A stretch of DNA of 64,000 nucleotides, taken from Paraspadella gotoi. Its lineage: Eukaryota > Animalia > Chaetognatha. The notes beneath the pieces were generated by a model. It saw nothing but the letters and a program-made list of their open reading frames with translations, was not told where the DNA came from and made no database searches. Both the position numbers and the translations under genes were made by a program. Within the stretch, counting starts at the first letter, position 1, and each line of letters starts with the position of its first letter. Where the stretch lies: the NCBI GenBank assembly GCA_051294375.1, contig CM119269.1, positions 8,440,519 to 8,504,518 on the forward strand, written 5' to 3'. Positions 1 to 12,274 of the stretch are shown here, piece by piece.

Positions 1-1
1 A

Positions 2-3000
2 CACCCGAATCTTTACCCTCGCCTATGGAGATCGTGGAGGCGGCGGTTGATGACGCTGTCGGCTCACTTGGCCGGCATCGGTGTGGTTCCTTTAGCCCTG
101 GATCTTATACTCGATGAGAGAGCTCTCCGGGCTGAGACATTGACTCCGGAGTTTGAAAAGCGTCTTTCCTTTAAGGAAAAAGTCTTAGCCGGTAACAACG
201 TTATCCACACTCTCGTTGAGTCATTTCCTCAGCTCCTCATTCAGTGCGGAGCCCTGGTGGTCGCTTGGACCAGCTCGACAGATGAAATGTGCTTGACGGG
301 ATTTCGGAAACATCATGCAGGTTTTTTATGAGTTGCGCAAGTAACGAAAAGTTGTAGAAAGTAGAGAGTGGTCTCAAATGAAAGCTCTTACTGTGAATAT
401 GAAGATAAACATATAGAATTCCAAATTGTGATCATTTTTAATAAAATTAATAAAAATTATTAAATTTTTTTAAAAAAATTAATTAGCATTTAAATAAATG
501 CCTTGTATCGGATTTTGCTAGATTATGGGATTACTTCAGGATTTTATAGGTTTCAAAAATAGCACTTTTACTGTTTTTTTTTTTTTTCAAATCCTCTCTT
601 GCATAAAGAATATTGAAAGTTTTAACAAACTACCATGAAAAGTATTTTATTTTAAAATTGTATGGATAATGTTTTGCTTTAGGTTACAAGCTCTGTCATA
701 TGACTTAAGCACCCAAAAGTGGACCAAAGGGTTTAGTGTAAGAGAAACAACGGATCCCAAAACTGTTATGGCGTCGACATCGATGGTATTGTTTCTGAAG
801 CAAATGCCCCCTGTTACTGCGAATCTCTTTGGTCTGGAGGTCCTTTATTCTGTGGTTGGAGGATCAAAAAGGAAGAGGGGATTTTTTAAAAAATATGCAA
901 ATGGTGGTTGGGTGGTGGGCTTTGGAACCTGCAGGGACCACCCAACTGTGTACCATCACACTTAACTAGATTGACTGTGAGAAGATTTAACTCGAACTGA
1001 CGGTTGTTTAGCAAGTGATTAACTGTCCCAAGCATTTGGAATGAGCTGGAAGGTAGAATTTCGGATTATTGCCATAGATGACGTATCTTAGCAACAGCTG
1101 GCGCATAGGTGTGTTTATGTGTACTGTCAGTAACCACTAACCAGCATGACTGTTAGGGGGTTGAAACCAGAACTCATGGTTGGTTTAACAGTCCAAGCCG
1201 TTGTGACGAGCTGGAAGGGTATTAAAATTGTTTTAACTTTGGTTTTTATTGTTGAGTAGTATAAGTTGAACCGAGAATAAAAATATAATACTTGATCAGG
1301 TTCGTCCCATAGTCTCAATTGTCATCTCGACTTTTGGTGTCGCCAAACTTGCAGCTGCTCATCACATCAAAGAATTTGATCTTGATTCAGAAAACTTTAT
1401 AAAAGAAAAATCTTTTCTCGTTCTCGGAACAATTCAAGGTTAGATCGCCATTTCTTTAATTTAGTCTGACCAGGAGAGCCACTGAAACTGACTCCACAAA
1501 ACATTTCAAAGCTCATTTTTAACTCTGGGTTTCTCGTGCATTTTGACTGTAAAATAGACTTGCACCGTGCCATACATTGAAGTATATTATTTTGTTGACT
1601 CCCCTTGAAACATTCACAGGTTTTCGTTCTTAAGCCTTTTAGTATTCGTGAAAGAGGATCAGGAAAACGGATAGCATTATTTTTGTGGAAGTTTTTATTA
1701 TCCGGATTTTATCTTCAAAGAAACTGGCAAGCTCTGGCGACATAATTTTTGTGGTGCGCAATTTATAAAAGCTAAATAAAAGTGGGTGCTAATAAAAATT
1801 AAACAGTTTTTTCAATCATTTAAAAGCTTGTTCATAAAAATCGGACAAGCCAGTTTCCTGGCTCTCCTTAAGTTTATCTTTAATTTTTTTTTTTTTGTAG
1901 TTTTTTACATTTTTCACGAGCTAATACTACTCAAAAATTGATACTTTTTTTCATGTATCACATTTAGGATTGGTTGGCCTAAGTAATTTGCTTTATTTTA
2001 CATACATAAAAATGCTTAACCTCTCCATATGGTTAGCGTTTTTAACGCCATTTTCCCTCTTGCGATTAATTCATATAAACCATCTGAAGTCACTGTGGAA
2101 AACATTGTGGCCAACAATCCATGAAGTTCGTCATCGAAAAAATTTGGCTGTAAATCCACTATTAACTTTGCCACTATGGAACGTTCTATGCTTCTCCGCA
2201 ATTCATATCCTCGAAAAACATATTTTTTCGGACAAAGAACGGTTGAGGAATGGAGGTTTTAGCTGGGGTCTGGTAGTTCTTGAAAACAATGTTGCTTCAA
2301 GAATACTCTTCTATCAGGATATTTGGAACACAAGCTCTCTTTCCGCAAGTGTCAGTTGCTATAAAGCAGAAGTTTTTCAGGATGTAAAAAAGTGGGATGC
2401 TTTGTCATTTGGACATTTGCTGGGTTTTTTATGCACCAAATGCACTCGGCCCATGCAGATGATTTACGAGCCATTACATATACATCTGGAATTGGCCAAA
2501 CCTAATTTCATTATTTATCTGGGAAATTATCGTTTTCTTAAACCAAAATATTATGCTTTGGTTTTAATACTTTTGGTAGACATGATTACTGGCTTGGTTT
2601 ATGTCTCATCAATTTTTGTTTTGAGGGTAACTATCAATAATTGTTATGAAAAATTTTAAATCATTTAAAAAATCATGCATTGTCGAGTAAAAAGTAAAGT
2701 AACAAATTCTCCTTGATTGCGCTTCGAGTACTCACAGAGAAACTCTGGATTCCTCCCGAAGGAATTCCTCCCCAAGGGATTCCTCCGCACGATGGAACTA
2801 AGCTTTATGTGCATACTATGTTTCACTCTTGTGTAATTATTAATCACATTAGGATATGCGTCAACCAAAGAAAGTCAGTGGCGCAACATCTTAAACTTGC
2901 TCGTTTATGTTATCTTAAATTTTTAAATTTTAGGGAAAGTCCAAGGACATTTTCGTCGCTTCTTTGATTTGGTCATTTCCCTTCATTGTCGTCCTGCTGA

Positions 3001-3986
3001 ACATGGTGACTTCAGTGCAATACCATTTGCTTTATATTGGATTCCCAGGTTTTTCTTTGAAAGGTTGTCCCATTTTATCACAGGAGACTATCGCTGTTTT
3101 TCAAGGTAAAAAATGCGACATAGTAAGAGCAAGGGGCAGAAAAATTCTAGAAATGGGACCAGCAGTCTATATCTTGGGAAAGTTTTGGGAGACTGTTCCA
3201 ATCATGGCCACGTCTATAGCATCAGCGATATCCACTGACCGAGTTTGGCGTCACACCATTGGTTCTTTGAAAGCCTCTCTTGCTGCAGGAGGGTCTCTTA
3301 TGATCGCTGCTATAATGCTGCCCATCTTTACATTCTCACTAAGCATCAACTCTATGAATTCGGGCTATTCATTGAGCAATACAATGGGAAACCTTTTGAC
3401 TTATGCTGCAGTCTCCGAATTTTTTCCTCTTTTTTTCTTTGCTTCTTTTTCGCCTCTTGCCATGGGGACATCGAGGTACCTCCTGGCCCTCCTAAGCCAT
3501 TTCGCTTCAAACATGCTTGGGTACAGAACTCAGGCATTCAGCTTCATCGTCATGTGGGCACTGTTGTTGTGGTCCTCTCTCACTCTGTATACAGAATCAA
3601 GAGTGAGCGGCAAGCACCAGTTACAAATTTTGGACCAAACGCTCATTGGCATGGAATCGGCTATGGAATGCTGGTCATCTGATGCAGTAGACTATCACGA
3701 AGAGATAAACGGCGTTGAGCTTATTTCGCCAACATCAAAGGGAGTTGTTATGATCCAAAAAAAATTAAATTATTGTTGTGAGCAGTCATGTCGAGCCGAG
3801 TTTATGTTTTCGGTCCTGGATAAAAATCACACTTCGAACCAAAAAATATTTCGCGTTTTAAAAAGTTTTAAAACTTATGTGAATGAATCGATCAAAGCCT
3901 ACAATTATCCATTGATGGCATTTTTTGGTTTTCTGCCGGGACTTTTCAGTTTTTTGTTTCTGATTTTTAATCAGAATAAAAAATAA
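2..3986 (+). CDS. XK-related-like multi-pass membrane protein, paralog A (5' end outside window; middle exon(s) unresolved, possibly pseudogenised)
   Basis: Exons supported by GT/AG sites and similarity to paralog B: 2-320 (HLAGIG..LDER..IHTLVESFPQLLIQ, the XK-family ES.PQL..Q motif), 1300-1438 (VSIVISTFGVAK..VLGTIQ), 1968-2626, 2934-3986. The last three join in frame (phases 1 and 0). The exon ending at 320 (phase 1) cannot be joined cleanly to 1300 (phase 0); 683-1218 has coding-like pieces with stops. Confidence 0.6.
1471..1870. mobile_element. Degenerate MITE-like element in an intron of XK paralog A
   Basis: Imperfect inverted ends caggagagcccactgaaactg (1471) and ccagtttcctggctctcct (about 1850-1868). 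Confidence 0.3.
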
Positions 3987-4072
3987 TTAGGATAAATAAT
4001 AACCTTTAAGCTATGAATCGAAATTAATTATAAAATAAATACTTTTTAAGTACACGACTTTAACATATATTC

Positions 4073-4303
4073 TGAAGAGACAGTGATTATTGTTATGTGT
4101 TAGTGACAGAACCGTTCAATATAAGTACTAAGCAGTCCCTGAGCTTCGGATCAGGCTGTAACACCGAGTTACAGGCGGGTTAAGCGCCCCGTCCCTCTTA
4201 ACTGCGAGGCGGCTACCGTCTAGAACCCCTGACCTTTGGGTTAGGAGGCGAATGACGAGGCGAATGACTTGCCTCCGGCACCAATGGCCGCTGATGAACG
4301 GTT
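4073..4303 (-). mobile_element. tRNA-Gly-like cassette element, copy 1 (terminal hairpin missing)
   Basis: Near-identical to 36680-36912; has an internal duplication gaggcgaatgac x2; ends after gaacggtt. Confidence 0.85.
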
Positions 4304-5194
4304 ATATATAGAGGATATATTTAGAGGTTATATTTAGAGGATTTTGATATGTATACTGGGAAACAAAATTTAAAAAATGATAGGATTCCCTAATTAGTTT
4401 AGTTATTTCGATATTAAGTACTGAGGTGTTTTATTCTTATTAGATGATGATATAAATGAACGTAAGCAATCAATAATCACAGTCAATAAAATAATATATC
4501 ACTTGAAAAATTAACAATTGTAACGTAATTTTTCAGGATATACTTTTAGAACTTCACTTTTTGTATAAAAATATTTTTTTTAAATTTTATTTGTCTATAT
4601 ATATATAGATATATATGTATATATATATCTATATATACACTGTATATATCTGGATGCCCAAAAAATTCTTGATAACGATTTGTCAGTAAATTTCACGTAA
4701 CTTCACTTGTCGATGTTGATGTATCTTAGTGTGTCAACGTTATGTCACGTTATGTCACCTTCTAGTTTTGGTGTAATTAAAAAGCTTTAAAGTCTGTTGT
4801 AGTTGGTTCTTTGATTAAGTATCGTAAAACTATGGTAATACACGAATTCCTATTTCAAACTTTTACTTTTACCTATGTATTAGCCAAGGGTGATAAAGGG
4901 TGAAAATACGACCTTTTTTATCCACGTAAATCGGATACTAGGCTATTTGTCAAGAATTTGTGTTATTTCTTTTTCTAGTGAATGTGTTTGCTATTTTACA
5001 TGTGTAGTAGAGTATAGTATAGTACAGTATAGTACATGTATTGTATTAAAATTTTACATAGCAACAATTAATTAAAAATCTGATTCTGATTTTCAAAAAT
5101 ATCAATATTTTTTTAAAGAATTTTTATCTCATGACATTAAGAATATTATCTCTCATATTTTAGCTGAAGCACGTTTTGTCTATAAGTGAATAGT

Positions 5195-5905
5195 AGGGTG
5201 AAGTGAAAGTTTGGAATCAAAATTTAGCAGTTATATCTTGAAAACTATTATATTAGTGAATGCTAATCTGTAATTTTTTTTTATAAATATAGTAGCCCAG
5301 TCAGCTTATTTTGTATATTGTACTACCCTTATATAATGTCAAAATTTCAAAATAGTTTTTTTTTTTAATTCTGAGATCAGATTCAGATTCGTCTTAAAAA
5401 GTTGATAAAAGAAAATATAAATATTTTTCAAAAATTATATCATTAAGTAGATTAAAATTATAAAAAAATATATTTTTAAGCTGGAAATTGTAGTTAACCT
5501 TTTTTGTTGTTAGTGTGAGATTTAAAGGAAAATAACGAAACAACAAATTGTTGTAAAAACAAAATTTTTGTTATTTTCCATAACGTTGGAAATTGAAAAT
5601 TGGCGTTTTAAAAATAGTTTTTTATATTTTTAACAAAAGAATTCTACTTTCTTTTATCAATTTTTTGCAAGGAATCCAAATCCGATCTTAAAATTTAAAA
5701 ATTTGCATTTTAAAATTTTAGCTGGGATTGAACCCGGTACCTAGTGGTCATGAGCTGATAGCTTTACTCAATGAGCCACCGGGTCACAACTGAAAGTGTT
5801 ATGATTCTAGGCGGGGTGAACCTAGGCAATGCCCGACTACAAATATAGCTCACTGGTACCCACTGATGAATAAAATTTAAAAACAAATTTACCAAAGTAT
5901 TTTTC
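5195..5905. mobile_element. Non-autonomous DNA transposon remnant (Mutator-like foldback family)
   Basis: Starts agggtgaagtgaaagtttggaatcaaaatttag and ends aaatttaccaaagtatttt, as does the copy at 18339-18690; the terminus resembles that of the 18964-19499 foldback. Confidence 0.55.
5722..5787 (-). mobile_element. tRNA-derived SINE family 2, head only
   Basis: Reverse complement gtgacccggtggctcattgagtaaagctatcagctcatgaccactaggtaccgggttcaatccc matches 27686-27750; A box, B box (GGTTCAATCC) and CAT anticodon-like loop. Confidence 0.7.
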
Positions 5906-6954
5906 TTATTTTTTATTTTCTTGTTTTATATCATTTAAGTAAGCAGAAAGGGATTTCAATATGAAATCAAGGTGGAATTTTATTATCAGAAAATAGACAA
6001 GAGAAGACTGTGTCAATTTTCAGACAGAGTGAATCAAAGCAGAAACAGAGGCTATTTATAATGGGTAAGTAGACGAAGCCAGATTCCTCTTCCGGAATCC
6101 TCCTCTTCCTCTTCTGGAACCTTCTTTTCCTCTTCCGGAAACTATTGTTCCTTTTCTGGATTTGGCTTCCCAAATCCCGTTCAAAATCATTCCAGAATCT
6201 TCTTCCTCTTCCGGAATCCTCTTCCTTAATCCTTTCCTCTGTTTCCGGGTTTTATTCATCTGTGATGATATGCTTAATTTTATATAAGATTTTATTATTT
6301 TCACATCACTCTAGTGAATAGTATTGGATCTACTAACTCCAAGTACATTGTGCTGTCTTAAAAAAACGTTCTCCGAGTAATGAAGTTTATTGAACTTTGC
6401 TCATTTTATTACTCAATTCGTAAGAAAAGCAGAGAATATTTACACAAGTATTTAAAACAATTTAAGCAACTCTTTTTGAAGAAAATCATATTCTGTTCAT
6501 TTTCTATATTTTTGTGTTTTAACTATTATAAATGTGTGCAAAATAAATACATTATTTAAACAAAAAATGTTTTAAAATTAAAAGTCAATTATGAAAAATG
6601 TACAAGCTCTTTTTTTACCAAATGATTTAACATTCAAGTATATTATTTAAACGAATATAATTATTAACAAAAAATAGTTATTTATGCTATAAAGTCTCAA
6701 CTGACCTTATTACGGTGAAAGAATTTACGGTAAGACAACTTGGTCAATGGTCACAACAGAAAGCTCAATATGCAGGTAACTTTCTCTCGAATAATGTATC
6801 TTTTTATCAATAATTACTGATTTCAAAAGGAACTGTTCCTACAACAAACCTATTAATTTTTTTTATATTCGAAATTATAAAATCTTCAATCAAAGATCCG
6901 TATATAATATTAGCACTTTCCCGAGCATCTACCACTTTTCAAATTTCCTTGTAT

Positions 6955-7308
6955 TTCTTTCTTTCGTTCCCCAATACTGCCCCCTCTCTCCTCCCCATCT
7001 TCTTCCTCCCTCTCTCCTCCCCTATCTTCTTCCTCCCTCTCTCCTCCCCATCTCCTCTTCCCTCCCTCTTCCTCCTCCCCATCTTCTCTCCCTCTCCTCC
7101 CCTCTCTTCCTCCCTCTATCTCCTTCTTCCCTCCTCTCTCTCCCCATCTTCTTCCCTCCTTCTCTCTTCTCCATCTCCTTCTTCCCTCCCTCTCTCCTCC
7201 TCCCATCTCCTGTCTCTTCTCACTCTCCTCTTCTCTCTCCTCCCCATCTTCTTCCCTCCCTCTCTCCTCTCACATCTCCTTCTTCCCTCCCTCTCTCCAT
7301 CTTCCGCC
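6955..7308. repeat. CT-rich low-complexity tract immediately 3' of the claudin-like stop codon
   Basis: Almost purely C/T, with recurring ccccatcttcttccctcc units. Confidence 0.85.
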
Positions 7309-7311
7309 CCC

Positions 7312-10300
7312 TTAAGTCGCCCTCACAGAGGGGCGTTGAATGACAAACTTTTCCTCCCTTTCTTCCGCTCCCGCTGATTCGAGCGAAGCTTTAGACGCTG
7401 CCGACTTCAGTCCTTCTCTCTGCAGCGGCGGTACGTGCGACGGGAAGCCGGTCGACTGCTCGATGTAGTACTCGTTGTCGTACTGGCGGCGGGGAAAAAA
7501 GGAAACAAATCGACAAATGAAAATTTTGTAATTACTAACGTTAATAAACCAAGTTTCATATAATTTCTGATATAGATTAGGAAGTATGTTTTTGAGACAC
7601 TTTTTCGTTGCAAATTCCGGATTCTGATTGAGCGTACGTGTCAGTGACATTTTATTGTTATATTAATCCCGAAATTTACAACGTCATATATTGAGCATTG
7701 GAGCAACATATCGAAAAGCACAGTGAACTTACAGTAGGAATTCCCGCCACGTCGGCGTCCACGTAAAAGGCTTCCGTTTCACTGTGGAAGAAAAAAAAAA
7801 CCGAAAAAATAACAACAATTAAAACCAACAAAAAATAATAAATCAACCAACAACATTGATTATAATTTTTGATGCCAACGACAATGATATTAATCGAGGC
7901 TTCAACGAATTACTTCCCCCCATTTCACAAAAAAGAAAATCGCTTCTCTTTCTTTTCACTTTTCATTTTTTATTTTCGCTCCTCATCTTTTTATTTTTAT
8001 AAAAGAAAATCGCTTCTCTTTCTTTTCACTTTTCATTTTTATTTTCGCTCCTCATCTTTTTATTTTTATAAAAAGAAAATCGCTTCTCTTTCTTTTCACT
8101 TTTCATTTTTATTTTTGCTCCTCATCTTTTTATTTTTATAAAAAAGAAAATTGCTCTCTTTCTTTTCACTTTTCATTTTTATTTTCCGCTCCTCATCTTT
8201 TTATTTTTATAAAAAGAAAATCGCTTCTCTTTCTTTTCACTTTTCATTTTTATTTTCGCTCCTCATCTTTTTATTTTTATAAAAAGAAAATCGCTTCTCT
8301 TTCTTTTCACTTTTCATTTTTATTTTCGCTCCTCATATTTTTATTTTTATAAAAAGAAAATTGCTTCTCTTTCTTTTCACTTTTCATTTTTATTTTCGCT
8401 CCTCATCTTTTTATTTTCATAAAAAGAAAATCGCTTCTCTTCTTTTTTCATTTTTATTTTCGCTCCTCATATTTTTATTTTTATAAAAAGAAAATCGCTT
8501 CTCTTTCTTTTCACTTTTCATTTTTATTTTCGCTCCTCATCTTTTTATTTTTATAAAAAGAAAATTGTTTCTCTTTCTTTTCACTTTTCATTTTTATTTT
8601 TGCTCCTCATTATTTTTATTTTTATAAAAAGAAAATCGCTTCTCTTTTTTTTTCACTTTTCATTTTATTTTCGCTCCTCATCTTTTTTTTTTCATAAAAA
8701 CAAAATTGCTTCTCTTTCTTTTCACTTTTCATTTTTTATTTTCGATCCTCATATTTTATTTTTATAAAAAGAAAATCGCTTCTCTTTCTTTTCACTTTTC
8801 ATTTTTATTTTCGCTCCTCATCTTTTTATTTTATAAAAAGAAATCGCTTCTCTTTCTTTTCATTTTTATTTTTCGCTCCTCATATTTTTATTTTTATAAA
8901 AAGAAAATCGCTTCTCTTTCTTTTCACTTTTCATTTTTATTTTCGCTCCTCATCTTTTTATTTTTATAAAAAAGAAAATTGCTTCTCTTTCTTTTCACTT
9001 TTCCATTTTTATTTTTGCTCCTCATATTTTTATTTTTAAAAAGAAAATCGTTCTTCTTTTTTTTCACTTTTCATTTTTATTTTCGCTCCTCATCTTTTTA
9101 TTTTCATAAAAAGAAAATCGCTTCTCTTTCTTTTCATTTTTATTTTCGCTCCTCATATTTTTATTTTTCATAAAAAGAAAATCGCTTCTCTTTCTTTTCA
9201 CTTTTCATTTTTATTTTCGCTCCTCATCTTTTTATTTTTATAAAAAGAAAATTGCTTCTCTTTCTTTTCACTTTTCATTTTATTTTTGCTCCTCATATTT
9301 TTATTTTTATAAAAAGAAAATCGCTTCTCTTTTTTTTCACTTTTCATTTTTATTTTCGCTCCTCATCTTTTTTTTTTCATAAAAAGAAAATTGCTTCTCT
9401 TTCTTTTCACTTTTCATTTTTATTTTCGATCCTCATATTTTTATTTTTATAAAAAGAAAATCGCTTCTCTTTCTTTTTCATTTTCATTTTTATTTTCGCT
9501 CCTCATCTTTCTCGCCCTCCATCTTTTCTCTTTAATTCTAAACTCTTTTAGTCCATCTCTCGATTCTCTTAGGACTACAATACATAAAATTATCAAGCGT
9601 TTAAATTCATTTAATGAAAATGCCATCTTGCCCCTATCATATGGTCACTGACATTTGACCTCCATCCCTCTCACAAATTAATAATATAGCACTCAAAGCA
9701 AGCTTTCAATCGTCTTCCTTTCTCTTTCCTCTATTTCCCTTCCTCCCTTTCCTCCCTATTCTCTTTTCTCCCTTCCCTTTCCTGCCCCCACCTCAACTGC
9801 CCCACGTCCGTCTGCGCGATGAACGTCACAATGACGGCGCAAATGATTGCCAGAAAGATGGCGACCCAGGCGACGGCGTAAGACCAAGACAAATGGTACA
9901 TCAATCCATTCTGCGTCGTCTTGTCCATCGAGAGAATAAAGACCTTGAGTAGGGCAAAGTAAAAATCCAAATAGATATCTTTTGTATAAAACATATTTTG
10001 TAAAATACATATTTTTAATAGTTTTAACTTTTAGTTATCTTATCATATTGTATAGTTCTAGACATATAAATAATTAAAAATTGCAAAATGTTTTTTTTAA
10101 AACAAAGTAATTTTTTTTCTATTTAAAAGAATAATTTATCAACGATATCGACATTCAATGTCAAATTTAACAGGAGGAATCCCGTGTGGGAGGAATCCAG
10201 TTGGGAGGAATCCCGTGTGGGAGGAATACCACGGCCACCGATATCATTCAAAAACATACAAGTATTTATAAATTATTTAGATTCCTTCAATAATGAGAGA

Positions 10301-11673
10301 GTCGCATCGAACCTTGAGGTAGTCGGCCCTGTTGACTTTTTCTTCGCCGATGACGCTTAACGTCTCCGTTTCGAGTTGATGACGCACGTGGAAGAGAATG
10401 ATGGCGATGAGGACGACGAGTGCGGCCAAGATGGTGAAGGCGATGCTGCTCTTAAGGATCCTGGATTGAGGAGGGGCGGGGTGAAAGTTGAGCGCGGAAA
10501 AATTCGAAAAGGAAAAAAATTAAACAATATATGGAAATCCAATTTAATTACTTAAACACATCGAATAGGTTTTGCCTACATAGTCACTCTGATGAATATT
10601 AAGGAAGCGTTCCTTGGAAGAGATTATTTTCGGCGTGACAGGACCAAGGCAGGATGACTTATCCAAGCCAGATATAAAATCCTTACCCTTTCCCAGTTCT
10701 AATCCTCAAACAGATTAAATATATTTATTTATGGTGGACTAAAATCCACCACCCGTTCATCAGCGGCCATTGGTGCCGGAGGCAAGTCATTCGCCTCCCA
10801 ACCCAAAGGTCCGGGGTTCTAGCCCGGTGTTCGCCTAGCAGTTAAGAGCGATGGGGCGCTTAACCCGCCTGTAACACGGTGTTACAGCCTGACCCGAAGC
10901 TCAGGGACTGCTTATATTGAACGGTTCTGTCACTAACACATAACAATAATTACTGTCTCTTCATATTGTACCAATTTCATAAACGAAATAAACTTTGTGC
11001 AAGTATGTATTATTCTTGCAGCCATGGTAGCGGTTCTGGGCTTGGAATCAGGCTTGGCCCAAAAGGCAGTTTACAGCCGTCCTCACTCTTCCCGTACGAC
11101 AGGTACTTGGTTGGGTTTGGACCCGGTACCAGGTTGTCATGAGTTGATGGCTTTTACTGTAAACAGGAGGTTGGAAAATGCTCTACAAGAAGATATCACA
11201 AGAGCGAATAAGGCGCTACATCGACTGAAGATGACTTCTGTACAACTCCATTAGCCTTCTTTAGGAGCCATGAAACGGGTCCGCGGCTTGGAACTTGGCG
11301 GTGTAATCCGAACCTCACGCTTCCCGAAGGGTAGGTATTTGGTTAAATTCTAAGCGGCCTGGAGCTAATGGCTTTCATTTCATGAGCTACAGGGTCACGA
11401 GTCACGACTGAGGAAACGATGATTAATTAAGGAGTAAAACTGGGGGCAATACCCGCTGCATAACAAGCAACATCACCAAATATTTGTCCCTCATGGTTGC
11501 ACCTGCGCATGAGCCACCAGTAGCCGAAGCAGAGCAGCAGCAGCGCCACGACGAAGAAGATCATTCCGAGGATCATCATTGAAAAGGTCGCTCGCAGGAG
11601 ATCGTAGTACCTTTCCTCTGACCCGTCTAATGGTAAGTTGTTGTCGCGGGGTAGCTGGGAAGGTAAGGTAAGA

Positions 11674-11717
<44 letters not shown>

Positions 11718-12274
11718 TAGGATAATAAAACAAACTTGAAAATCGATGTGAAAGCATTTGATGCCAAGTTCGTTTTCCCAAAGCTTGCTACCCTGCTTGT
11801 CGATCGGTTGGCCGTTAGTCAGTGACGCTTCGGGAAAGCATTCACGGAAAAGTCCGTAGTGACGCGTGAACAACTCGTGACGATCGTTGCTGTGAATTGT
11901 AAAATATTTTGGTTTAGTGTCTCAGTATCATATTAGTTTATATTCTCTCTATTTTTCATAGTTAAAAAAAAGGAAATATGAATGTCTTTTTCCCTACTAA
12001 ATGTGATTTTTAAAGAGTTTTCAATCTGTCAACTCAGTGTAAAGGTTAATTTTTACCTCTGGGAAATCATGCTTTAAAGACAAAAATAACAACCAAATAA
12101 CGCAATATTACTATTTATTATACATTATTAATAAATTAATTACCTGCCAAAACTCCTTTGATTCTCCATTTCCATCCAATGATCCGTGGAAAAAGCAACG
12201 ATACAAGCGACCAACGCTAAGATCAATGACAGGACGGCGATTCCCGCCAAACAATTACGTCGTTCCAATGTCAT
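7312..12274 (-). CDS. Claudin/PMP22/EMP-superfamily tetraspan membrane protein, 318 aa, 7 exons
   Basis: Exons 12274-12144, 11889-11736, 11654-11503, 10460-10313, 9943-9792, 7781-7733, 7482-7312; all GT-AG and phase-compatible, 957 nt total. Protein MTLERRNCLAGIAVLSLILALVACIVAFSTDHW..HYGLFRECF..KCF (claudin W-GLx-C-C signature), four hydrophobic segments, and SWSYAVAW before TM4. Confidence 0.9.
7929..9510. repeat. Intronic tandem array, about 70-bp unit, roughly 23 copies
   Basis: Unit aaaaagaaaatcgcttctctttcttttcacttttcatttttattttcgctcctcatctttttatttttat (e.g. 8281-8350); lies in claudin-like intron 5. Confidence 0.95.
10172..10228. repeat. Short ggaggaatcc tandem (15-17-bp period); related inverted tandem at about 2746-2790
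   Basis: ggaggaatc/a x4 here; ggattcctcc-like x3 at 2746-2790. Confidence 0.6.
10730..10963 (+). mobile_element. tRNA-Gly-like cassette element, copy 2 (complete, TSD TATT)
   Basis: Runs tatggtggactaaaatccacc...ctgtctcttca; TATT at 10726-10729 and 10964-10967; internal TCGCCTCCCA and GGTTCTAGCCC tRNA-like motifs. Confidence 0.9.
11020..11400 (-). mobile_element. Two degenerate copies of tRNA-SINE family 2 (about 11020-11160 and 11250-11400)
   Basis: Both align by eye to the reverse complement of 27686-27845 (gccatgg..cgggtcc..ggcttgga, cttccc..ggtaggta, catgag(c/t)tgatggc). Confidence 0.6.

Noticed and set aside
5864-5880. CTGATGA at 5864 and at 10588 as hammerheads
   Set aside because: No stem II or GAAA context.
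7869-9651. F/S/L-rich ORFs here and at 6910-7377, 21007-21608, 25648-26100, 35474-35782, 40847-41172
   Set aside because: They are translations of tandem or low-complexity repeats.
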